A stretch of DNA of 64,000 nucleotides from Macrostomum hystrix (lineage: Eukaryota > Animalia > Platyhelminthes), in contig CATNEN010000003.1 in NCBI GenBank assembly GCA_950097015.1, positions 8,246,001-8,310,000 of the forward strand. Direction: 5' to 3'. The translations under genes were made by a program, and so were the position numbers. Under the pieces are notes generated by a model that was not told where the DNA came from, did no database searches, and saw nothing but the letters and a program-made list of their open reading frames with translations. Shown one piece after another: positions 38,201 to 49,987 of this stretch (positions are counted from its first letter, which is position 1; each line of letters begins with the position of its first letter).

Positions 38201-41200
38201 CATACAGGTAGGAGAATCGGGGGTCATACAGGTAGGAGAATCGGGGGTCATACAGGTAGGAGAGTCGGGGGTCATGCAGGTAGGAGAATCGGAGGTCATG
38301 CAGGTAGGAGCATGGGGAATCAGACACGCATAGTCAGGGCGTCACTGACCCGCACGCTGTCCTCCAACTGCCTGGCTCGATCCCGGGCCGCGATCATCTC
38401 GGCCACAGCCTGGTAACGAATCTTCTCGCAGCGCAATCGTTCGTCCTGCAGCACGGAGAGTTCAGAGCGGGCCGCCTGCACTTCGCCTGGCTCCTCCAGC
38501 ACTGCGGCAGCTGAAGAGATTGCATCTTCGTCTGTTACGGCTCCGCCATCAGGCGAGGCGACATCGCCGCTGGTTGCGGTAGGCGTTGCCAAGGACCCGG
38601 CTGCTGAATCTGGGGCCTGTTTGATCACTCGATCAATCTCATACTGAGAGATGAGCAGATTAGCGCGACCGATTTCAAGGGCCAAGTCGCCCAGAGTGTT
38701 GTCTAGCGACATGACGCCCTTCCTAGATGTTTGTTTAGAAAGGCTTGGCGCTAAATATCAACATGGCTTAAAAAAGCTTAGAAATGCAAGCTGAAAACAC
38801 TTACTGAACTACTAACAGTAGAGAAGACTAAAATCAGAATGAAATTAAACTGAAGATTATATTACAAACGATATGAATGTAACGATAGGGAAAATCAGAA
38901 GAGAAGTTGAAATCGAAAATTGTTGAGAATTAAGTATAATTACATAGACTAACACACTGAAAAACTATTAATTCATGCGCATTTTTAGAAGTTTTTTATT
39001 AATAATCAACGAGTAAATCGATGTGAGCTTCAAAATAATTTAAATTAGTCATACAAAGGACAGTCATGTTTCAGCAATTCGAGTAAAAAACTAAAAACTA
39101 AAACTAGAAAACTAAACAGAACATTTAGAGGAAAATGAGCAGTGTTAGACAAAATGCAACCAATACTACTACTTACGTGGATAATCATGTTTACTATGCT
39201 TAATATTTTCTGAAAATAATAGTAAAACAATAAACAGTAATTGAGGCGTGCTTAAATGTACATTTTCGTGCCACTTTCGGGTTTGTTGTGATGACAAGTA
39301 AAAACACGAAAGTGCATTTCGTAATCGCTTTAAATTAAAACAGGTGATCGGTTTAGAAAAACATGTAAAATATGAAAAAATACCTCAGCTCCATGACCTC
39401 TTGAAACGCGGTGAGAATCTGTTCCTTGGTAGAGTTAAACACTCGCCGTTGCTGTGCCGCAGCGCTAAATATCATCGCCTTAGACTCGGCTCCATTCGCC
39501 GCGGCTGCGCCTTCCAGACGACCGCGCAGACGAAATATCTCCTGCCTCAGTTCGTTGATAACGCCGGTGTATTGCGCAATGTGATGACTCACATCTGTGA
39601 CATTGCGGCGAACCTTGGTTCGAATCTGTTTAGCCCGATCGGCGTAGACTAGTGTGTTTCTGGAGTCTTCGAAATGCAAATTAGCAGGCGATATGTTGGC
39701 AATCATCACCGTTTTACAATTTCCACCCAGAGCCTCCTTCAATAGCCTAGTGAGCTTGCTGTCTCGATAATTGACATAGCGCTGGTTGGATCTGTCAGCC
39801 AGGGCGTTGATGCAGTTGCCCAATGCTAGCAGGGATCGATTTATGTGGGCGCCTTCCAGCATTCGTTTGCCGCGATTCTGCGTGTGAGCGGCCCGCTCAG
39901 ACCCGGCTAGATCGATCAGGAACAGCTTGCCTGTGCGAACCTCCTCGGTTACATTGCGCACTCGGGACCGCTTCAGCACTGTGATCTGGGATTAGGATGC
40001 AGTTGTTGGCATACCTGAATTCCCTGTTTTTTACTTACCTATTTTTAGCCTCAATTATCCCATTCAAACGCACTTGTTAGCCCTACTAAATATTCTAGGA
40101 AAAATTATACCACTCTTTTTCCATTACCTGTCTACTCGCTTAATTATCCCATTTCATTCTCTAAATTATCCCCTTCTCCCTGAACTGGCTACTCACAAAA
40201 TTATCCCCTTCTGCCTCAACTGACTACACACAAAATTATCCCCTTCTCCATCAACTGGCTACTCACAAAATTATCCCCTTCTGCCTCAACTGACTACACA
40301 CAAAATTATCCCCTTCTCCATCAACTGGCTACTCACAAAATTATCCCCTTCTCCCTCAACTGACTACTCACAAAATTATCCCCTTCTGCCTCAACTGACT
40401 ACTCACAAAATTATCCCCTTCTGCCTCAACTGACTACACACAAAATTATCCCCTTCTCCATCAACTGGCTACTCACAAAATTATCCCCTTCTGCCTCAAC
40501 TGACTACACACAAAATTATCCCCTTCTGCCTCAACTGGCTACTCACAAAATTACCCCCTTCTCCCTGAACTGGCTACTCACAAAATTATCCCCTTCTCCC
40601 TGAACTGGCTACTCACAAAATTATCCCCTTCTGCCTCATGCGTCTACTCACAAAATTATCCCCTTCTCCCTCATGCGTCTACTCACAAAATTATCCCCTT
40701 CTCCATCAACTGGCTACTCACAAAATTATCCCCTTCTCCCTCATGCGTCTACTCACAAAATTATCCCCTTCTCCCTCAACTGGCTACTCACAAAATTATC
40801 CCCTTCTCCCTCAACTGGCTACTCACGAAATTATCCCCTTCTCCCTCAACTGTCTACACACAAAATTATCCCCTTCTGCCTTAACTGTCTACTCATAAAA
40901 TTATCCCCTTCTCCCTTAACTGTCTACTCACAAGATTATCCCCTTCTCCCTTAGCTGTCTTTCTGCAAAGCATAAGTTAAACTAAAGCATAAATTATTAC
41001 CTATAAACTGTTCTACAAAGCAAAATACTTCGCCTCACCTGCAGTACAGCATGCGACCTTGAGCTGGTCTCATTAGCTGCTGTTGGTTCCGTTGTGCGCG
41101 CCAAATTGCCTTGAGTCAGCAGGTGCAGTACCTAGCAAAGTTTTAATGGTTATCGATACACTAAAGTAAGCACGTTGAATAATTAAAATTCCTAACGCAA

Positions 41201-44200
41201 ATAAACTAAAAAAAGCCTTCTAAGATAGAGAAATCCCAAAAATCCCAACTGCTCAAGATAGAAAAATCCCAAAAATCCCAACTGCTCAAGATAGAAAAAT
41301 CCCAAAAGTCCCAACTGCTCAAGATAGAGAAATCACAAAAATCTCAACTGTATAAGATATAGAACTCGCTAAATCCTAACTGCTAAATATATAAAAATCC
41401 CAACTGCTCAAGATAGAAAAATCCCAACTGCTCAAGATATAGAATCCCAACTGCTCAAGATATAAAAATCCCAACTGCTTAAGATATAAAAATCACATAA
41501 TTATTTGCCATAATTTAATCCCATTAAAAGAAAAATCCCATCGGCACCTCAGCGGTGTTGTTGGCCTGAATCTCGCTGAGTCCAGCCACCTGAACGCCAC
41601 CACGGTTGTCTTCGCGCATGTCGAGAACCCCAGATGCCGGATTGAGCAGATCGCGAAGTTGCTCATTGTAGATCTCCAGATAGGACATGCTGAACTTGTA
41701 AACGCTATGCTCGGAGGTCTTCTGAATTTGGCCAAACAGATCCTCAAGGGTGCGAAACATAATGCCTGGCTCCCTGTCTGTGCCTAGCATCGTGTAGGTC
41801 TTGCCGGCGCCTGGACAGAGCAAAGGAAATTGGGAAAGATAGAGTGCACAGATAGACAGAAGTTTAATGGAGACAGGAGACAGAGAGACAGAGAATAGAA
41901 CAGGACAGAGAGACAGAAGTTTACATGGAGACAGGAGACAGAGAGACAGAGGATAAAACAGGACAGAGAGACAGAAGTTTACATGGAGACAGGAGACAGA
42001 GAGACAGAGAATAGAACAGGACAGAGAGACAGAGGATAGAACAGGACAGAGAGAGACAGATGATAGAACAGGACAGAGAGACAGAGGTCTCATCTGTGAC
42101 TGCTCATGATTCCAAAGATAATCCATCACAATCATCACACAGATAATCCATCACAATCATCACACAGATAATCCATCACAATCATCACACAGATAATCTA
42201 TCACAATCATCACACATAATCCATCACAATCATCACACAGATAATCTATCACAATCATCACACATAATCCATCACAAACATTCCACAGATAATCCATCAC
42301 AAACATTCCACAGATAACCCATCACAAACATTCCACAGATAATCCATCACAAACATTACACAGATAATCCATCACAAACATTCCACAGATAATCCATCAC
42401 AAACATTCCACAGATAATCCATCACAAACATTCCACAGATAATCCATCACAAACATTACACAGATAATCCATCACAAACATTACACAGATAATCCATCAC
42501 AAACATTCCACAGATAATCCATCACAAACATTACACAGATAATCCATCACAAACATTCCACAGATAATCCATCACAAACATTCCACAGATAACCCATCAC
42601 AAACATTCCACAGATAATCCATCACAAACATTACACAGATAATTCATCACAAACATTACACAGATAATCCATCACAAACATTACACAGATAATCAATCAC
42701 AATCATTCCACAGATAATCCATCACAAACATTACACAGATAATCCATCACAAACATTACACAGATAATTCATCACAAACATTACACGGATAATCCATCAC
42801 AAACATTACACAGATAATCCATCACAATCATTCCACAGATAATCCATCACAATCATTACACAGATAATTCATCACAAACATTACACAGATAATCCATCAC
42901 AAACATCACACAGATAATCTATCACAATCATTCCACAGATAATCCATCACAATCATTCCACAGATAATCCATCACAAACATTACACAGATAATTCATCAC
43001 AAACATTACACAGATAATCCATCACAAACATTACACAGATAATCAATCACAATCATTCCACAGATAATCCATCACAAACATTACACAGATAATTCATCAC
43101 AAACATTACACAGATAATCCATCACAAACATTACACAGATAATCCATCACAATCATTCCACAGATAATCCATCACAATAATTTAAAAGATAATCCATTAC
43201 AATGATAAAAAAGTACCAAAGAAACCAAATATAAAGACGTTAACTAACACTGGACGCCCATACTCGACGGGGCAAAGTGGATTTAGCAACTCATGACTAG
43301 AAAGGTCACTTATAAGCAAGCAAATGAGCCTGAGAACACGCGAGACATCCAACTGCATGGCATCATGCTCTATTATGCATCCAATACCGCCTAACTCATT
43401 ATCTATCTGAGTGCTTTAAATCAATCAAAATTTCTATACCAACTCCCGATTCCATTCTCCTTATCTCTCTACCCCCGTCTCTCTCTATTTCTCTTTCTCT
43501 CCTGTCTGTCTTCTTATTTACACATGGAGCCAGTTCTGTACTCAAAGTCAGATGTACTTTTACGCTTAGCAACGCGATTTCATTTAATGCACATGCATAT
43601 ATGTTATCATATACCTGCGTTACAGCTTATGATGATTAGAAATGACACCTAACCCAGTTGGGTCAGATGTACAACCAGTAGCTACTGTGTACAGCTTCCA
43701 AAGACTGTGTACAGCTAATAAAGCTCTGTGATTGTATGTTACTTACCAGTGGCGCCATAAGCGAACACTGTGCCATTATAGCCATTGGTTACAGTGTCAA
43801 TCAGAAACTTGGTTGTAGACTCGTATAATTCTTCCTAAAAATTGATTGATAAGGTGATTTGTGCAGGCATGAAAATTCATAGATTCTGCAGGTATGGATT
43901 AGATTCTGAAGGTATGGATTAGATTCTGCAGGTATGGATTAGATTCTGCAGGTATGGATTAGATTCTAAAGGTATGGATTAGATTCTGCAGGTATGGATT
44001 AGATTCTGCAAGTATGGATTAGATTCTAAAGGTATGGATTAGATTCTGCAGGTATGGATTAGATTCTGCAGGTATGGATTAGATTCTGAAGGTATGGATT
44101 AGATTCTGCAGGTATGGATTAGATTCTGAAGGTATGGATTAGATTCTGAAGGCATGGGTTAGATTCTGAAGGTATGGATTAGATTCTGAAGGTATGGATT

Positions 44201-46407
44201 CGATTTTGAAGGTATGGATTAGATTCTGCAGGTATGGATTAGATTCTGAAGGCATGGATTAGATTCTGAAGGCATGGATTAGATTCTGAAGGTATGGATT
44301 AGATTCTGCAGGTATGGATTAGATTCTGAAGGTATGGATTAGATTCTGCAGGTATGGATTAGATTCTGCAGGTATGGATTAGATTCTGAAGGTATGGATT
44401 AGATTCTGAAGGCATGGGTTAGATTCTGAAGGTATGGATTAGATTCTGAAGGTATGGATTCGATTTTGAAGGTATGGATTAGATTCTGCAGGTATGGATT
44501 AGATTCTGAAGGCATGGATTAGATTCTGAAGGCATGGATTAGATTCTTAAGGTATGGATTAGATTCTGAAGGTATGGATTAGATTCTGAAGGTATGGATT
44601 CGATTTTGAAGGTATGGATTAGATTCTGAAGGCATGGATTAGATTCTGAAGGCATGGATTAGATTCTGAAGGTATGGATTAGATTCTGAAGGTATGGATT
44701 AGATTCTGCAGGTATGGATTAGATTCTGAAGGTATGGATTAGATTCTGAAGGTATGGATTAGATTCTGAAGGTATGGATTAGATTCTGAAGGTATGGATT
44801 AGAGGCCTGAAGGTATGGATTAGATTCTGAAGGTATGGATTAGAGGCCTGAAGGTATGGATTAGATTCTGAAGGTATGGATTAGATTCTGAAGGTATGGA
44901 TTAGATTCTGAAGGTATGGATTAGATTCTGAAGGTATGGATTAGATTCTGAAGGTATGGATTAGAGGCCTGAAGGTATGGATTAGATTCTGAAGGTATGG
45001 ATTAGAGGCCTGAAGGTATGGATTAGATTCTGAAGGTATGGATTAGATTCTGAAGGTATGGATTAGATTCTGAAGGTATGGATTAGATTCTGAAGGTAGG
45101 GATTAGAGGCCTGAAGATATGTATTAGAGGCCTGAAGGTATGGATTAGAGGCCTGAAGGTAGGGATTAGAGGCCTGAGGGTTAAATTAGAGGCCTGATGG
45201 AATAGGTGTAAATGAATAAAGAAATAAAATAATTGTGAAAAAAAGAAGCCTCAAGGAATGGGTGTAGAAGCCTGAAGAAACGGGTGTAGAAGCCTGAAGA
45301 AACGGGTTTAGAAGCCTGAAGGAATGGGTTTAGAAGTCTGAAGGAATGGGTTTAGAAGTCTGAAGGAATGGGTTTAGAAGTCTGAAGGAATGGGTTTAGA
45401 AGTATGAAGGAATAGGTGTAGAAGTCTGAAGGAATGGGTGTAGAAGCCTGAAGGGATAGGTGTAGAAGCCTGAAGGGATAGGTGTAGAAGCCTGAAGGGA
45501 TAGTTGCATTAGGCAGAAGGAATGGGTGTGGAGGGAATAGCCAACAATAGAGACAATAGACAATAGAGAACTGTACGGGGCACAAACCTGAGTGGAGTTG
45601 CAGTCGAAGGCTCTGTCGAAGACGAATTGTCTCTCTCGACTGCGATTGGCTCGCAGGATGTCGTCGGGATCTTCGCTGGGATCCAGCAGCACCACAACGC
45701 GATCGTCCACTGTGTGCGCAATCACGTTGGACCCGTTGAGGATTTCCTCTTCGCTGATTGGTCGAATACGGACGCACACCTTTGGGATGTTTGGTTGTTT
45801 TGGGAAGTTTGGAAACATTCTGTTAAAACGTTATCCTAATCTAAATCCTAATCCCAAATCCTGTTCATAATCCTAGACCAAAATTGAATCCAAAATCTAA
45901 ATCCGAATCCCAAATCCTAATCCAAATCCCAAATCCTAATAAGAATCTCCAGTCCTAATAAGAATAACAAATCCTAATCAGAATCCCAAATCCTAATCCG
46001 AATCCCAAATCCGAATCTGAATCCCAAATCCGAATCTGAATCCCAAATCCGAATCTGAATCCCAATCAGAATCCTAAACCCTAATCAAATCCCAAATCCG
46101 AATTCCAAATCCTAATCCGAATTCCAAATCCTAATCCGAATCCCGAATCCTAATCCGAATCCCAAATCCTAATACGAATCCTAAATTCAAAATCCCGAAA
46201 CCGGACTCCTAAATCTTAATTCGTAATCTAATTAACTCTAATCCGAAATCCCTAGGACCTGACTTAATCTGACCTGATCAGAATAAAATATTAAACTGTG
46301 CAACCCGATGGTTTAATCAATAAATAATTAAACCTTACCATTAGATTCTGCTCCCCAACCAAAGCCGCTTTTTCAGCTTTTCCATCAGCTGGGATTTTAG
46401 TTGCCAT
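35138..46407 (-). CDS. KIF19: Kinesin-8 family motor KIF19, 11 coding exons, 964 aa
   Basis: Exons 46407-46339, 45779-45588, 43834-43747, 41810-41548, 41131-41039, 39985-39384, 38722-38350, 36948-36607, 36291-35673, 35597-35529, 35322-35138. All GT-AG and phase-consistent (2895 nt). Motifs GATGAGKT, SSRSH, DLAGSE, and KIF19-type DPDDILRANRSRE and HIAQYT. Confidence 0.92.
36958..38310. repeat. 24-bp minisatellite filling KIF19 intron 7
   Basis: Unit GGTAGGAGAATCGGGGGTCATACA and variants. Confidence 0.97.
40165..40955. repeat. 35-bp minisatellite in KIF19 intron 5
   Basis: Unit AAAATTATCCCCTTCTCCCTCAACTGGCTACTCAC. Confidence 0.95.
41222..41492. repeat. Degenerate 21-31-bp repeat (AATCCCAACTGCTCAAGATAG) in KIF19 intron 4
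   Basis: Recurring motif. Confidence 0.8.
41845..43200. repeat. Purine-rich GACAGAGA repeat (41845-42085) followed by a 25-bp minisatellite (CAGATAATCCATCACAAACATTCCA)n, in KIF19 intron 3
   Basis: Direct periodicity. Confidence 0.93.
43880..45500. repeat. 20/21-bp (AGATTCTGAAGGTATGGATT) and related 22-bp minisatellites in KIF19 intron 2
   Basis: Direct periodicity. Variant units recur 260 bp apart (44201 and 44461). Confidence 0.95.
45835..46200. repeat. Degenerate ~19-bp repeat (CCCAAATCCTAATCCGAAT) in KIF19 intron 1
   Basis: Recurring motif. Confidence 0.8.
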
Positions 46408-46414
46408 CGGTTAC
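46400..46414 (-). promoter_or_regulatory. Candidate RFX X-box GTAACC-GAT-GGCAAC overlapping the KIF19 start codon
   Basis: Fits the GTNRCC-N(0-3)-RGYAAC consensus, and KIF19 is a ciliary kinesin. The position is unusual. Confidence 0.3.
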
Positions 46415-46564
46415 CACAAGCAGCTTGGGTTGTAAGCAAGAGCAGGTGCTGAAAAATTTCGTTAAACTAGCTCTTCACATGGGGCTGCAAATAGAACGAT
46501 TAAGTTGCAGCTTTGATTAAAGATAACATGACGAGCTAGACCCTGCTTTCACAAAGGTGAGCTG

Positions 46565-48650
46565 TCATAGCTGAGACCTAGCTTCAGTCATGAGCAGTCA
46601 TAGCTGAGACCCAGCTTCAGTCATGAGCAGTCATAGATGAGACCTAGCTTCAGTCATGAGCAGTCATAGATGAGACCTTAGCTTCAGTCATGAGCAGTCA
46701 CAGATGAGAACTAGCTTCAGTCATGAGCAGTCATAGATGAGACCTAGCTTCAGTCATGAGCAGTCATAGATGAGACCTAGCTTCAGTCATGAGCAGTCAC
46801 AGATGAGACCTTAGCTTCAGTCATGAGCAGTCACAGATGAGAACTAGCTTCAGTCATGAGCAGTCACAGATGAGACCTAGCTTCAGTCATGAGCAGTCAT
46901 AGCTGAGACCTAGCTTCAGTCATGAGCAGTCATAGATGAGACCTAGCTTCAGTCATGAGCAGTCATAGATGAGACCTTAGCTTCAGTCATGAGCAGTCAC
47001 AGATGAGAACTAGCTTCAGTCATGAGCAGTCATAGATGAGACCTAGCTTCAGTCATGAGCAGTCATAGATGAGACCTAGCTTCAGTCATGAGCAGTCACA
47101 GATGAGACCTTAGCTTCAGTCATGAGCAGTCACAGATGAGAACTAGCTTCAGTCATGAGCAGTCACAGATGAGACCTAGCTTCAGTCATGAGCAGTCACA
47201 GATGAGAACTAGCTTCAGTCATGAGCAGTCACAGATGAGACCTAGCTTCAGTCATGAGCAGTCATAGCTGAGACCTAGCTTCAGTCATGAGCAGTCATAG
47301 ATGAGACCTAGCTTCAGTCATGAGCAGTCATAGATGAGACCTTAGCTTCAGTCATGAGCAGTCACAGATGAGAACTAGCTTCAGTCATGAGCAGTCATAG
47401 ATGAGACCTAGCTTCAGTCATGAGCAGTCATAGATGAGACCTAGCTTCAGTCATGAGCAGTCACAGATGAGACCTTAGCTTCAGTCATGAGCAGTCACAG
47501 ATGAGAACTAGCTTCAGTCATGAGCAGTCACAGATGAGACCTAGCTTCAGTCATGAGCAGTCACAGATGAGACCTTAGCTTCAGTCATGAGCAGTCATAG
47601 ATGAGACCTAGCTTCAGTCATGAGCAGTCACAGATGAGACCTAGCTTGTGTCATAAGCAGACACAGATGAGACCTAGCTTCAGTCATGAGCAGTCACAGA
47701 TGAGACCTACATTCAGTCATGAGCAGATACAGATGAGACCTACATTCAGTCATGAGCAGACACAGATGAGACCTACATTCAGTCATGAGCAGACACAGAT
47801 GAGACCTAGCTTCAGTCATGAGCAGTCACAGATGAGACCTTAGCTTCAGTCATGAGCAGTCACAGATGAGACCTAGCTTCAGTCATGAGCAGTCATAGAT
47901 GAGACCTTAGCTTCAGTCATGAGCAGTCACAGATGCGACCTAGCTTCAGTCATGAGCAGTCACAGATGAGACCTTAGCTTCAGTCATGAGCAGTCACAGA
48001 TGCGACCTAGCTTCAGTCATGAGCAGTCATAGATGAGACCTAGCTTCAGTCATGAGCAGTCACAGATGCGACCTAGCTTCAGTCATGAGCAGTCACAGAT
48101 GCGACCTAGCTTCAGTCATGAGCAGTCACAGATGAGACCTAGCTTCAGTCATGAGCAGTCACAGATGCGACCTAGCTTCAGTCATGAGCAGTCACAGATG
48201 AGACCTTAGCTTCAGTCATGAGCAGTCACAGATGAGACCTAGCTTCAGTCATGAGCAGTCATAGATGAGACCTTAGCTTCAGTCATGAGCAGTCACAGAT
48301 GCGACCTAGCTTCAGTCATGAGCAGTCACAGATGAGACCTAGCTTGTGTCATAAGCAGACACAGATGAGACCAAACTTCAGTCATGAGCAGACACAGATG
48401 AGACTTAGCTTCAGTCATGAGCAGTCACAGATGAGACCTAGCTTCAGTCATGAGCAGACACAGATGAGACCTAGCTTCAGTCATGAGCAGTCACAGATGA
48501 GACCTTAGCTTCAGTCATGAGCAGTGATAGATGAGACCTAGCTTCAGTCATGAGCAGTGATAGATGAGAACTAGCTTCAGTCATGAGCAGACACAGATGA
48601 GACCTAGCTTCAGTCATGAGCAGTGATAGATGAGACCTAGCTTCAGTCAT
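46565..48650. repeat. 33/34-bp minisatellite (GAGACCTAGCTTCAGTCATGAGCAGTCACAGAT)n
   Basis: Direct periodicity. Confidence 0.97.
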
Positions 48651-49394
48651 AAATACTAATAATATGTAATGAATTAAAAAAATATAAATGCAACACATTT
48701 TTATGGAATTCAAAGACAATTTTAATATATATAAAGGCTAAAAATGACTAATTTTTATTAATACTAGCCTATGTAGGTGAAGAAGTGTTTTTACGGGCAG
48801 ACACGAAAATATTAAAAGCGTTTGTTTGAAGTATTCAATAATAGGACTAGTATTTGAACATGAATATCAAGCATGATTAGTAAACTGTGTTTACAATACT
48901 GAGGGGTTAAAAATGCAATGATAATTAGCTATGGATAGATAAGGCATGCCGGAGTAAGGTGAAGGATGTAAGGTGAAGGATAAAAAACTATTTACTTGTA
49001 AATAGTGGCGAACTGCTAGTTGAAAAACTGCGGGCAGTTTATTTAAAATAAAAAACTAATTATTTTCGCACGAATTTGAAATACCGAAGCTACTACAAAA
49101 GCTACACTCCATTGTATAATTCAGCGAGACAAATGAAAGAGAAGCAGTTTGGAAGCATTGGGATAAGAATAGGCACCTAATAGTTTGTTCTAGGTAGGCA
49201 TTAGAAATGGTATTCTTGCAAATAATACTAATTTAAATAAAGCAAAACAATAATAAAGTTATTGTCTGATAAATATTGACTTTACCTTAATCGAGCGAAC
49301 ATAAATGATAAAGGCTGCCTAGTATTAACTGAGAACTTATGAGAACCACGACATATTCACGACATTGCAATACTCATTCCTGACGTCACAGCGC

Positions 49395-49920
49395 TAGATC
49401 TAAGATCTGGATGGGATTTAAAGGCGGAGTTTCTAAATGGGATCGAAATCTGAGGATCTGGATGGGATGTAAAATTTAAGATCTTAATGGGATAAAAATA
49501 TGATGGCCTAGATGGTATTTCGTGAGGATCGTGAGGATCTCAATTGGATCTAAATACGAGGATCTTGACGATTTCTAAATATGGAGATCAAGATGGGATC
49601 TAAATATGACGATTTAGATGGATCTCATTTTGATGATCTAGATGGGATCTCATTTTGATAATCTAGATGGGATCTAAATATGAGGATCTAGATGGGATCT
49701 AAATATGAGGATCTAAATGGGATCTGGGATCTAAATAAGAAGATATAAATGGGATCTAAATATGAGGATCTAGATCTGATCTATATATGAGGATCTAGAT
49801 GGGGTCTAAAAATGAGAATTTAGAGAATTTAGATGGGATCTAAATGTGAGGACCTAAAAGTGAGGATTTTGATCATATCTAAATACGAGTATCTAGGTGG
49901 GCTTTAAATCTGATGATATA
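49395..49920. repeat. Degenerate repeat (GGATCTAAATATGAGGATCTAGATG)
   Basis: Recurring motif. Confidence 0.8.
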
Positions 49921-49987
49921 AAAGGAATTTATGAAACCCAAATTGATAATTTAAAACGAGAGTTACTAACTACACACTTTTAGCTTA

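Noticed and set aside
36911-38416. Four overlapping 400-500-aa repetitive ORFs
   Set aside because: 24-bp minisatellite inside a clean GT-AG intron. KIF19 homology is continuous across the splice.
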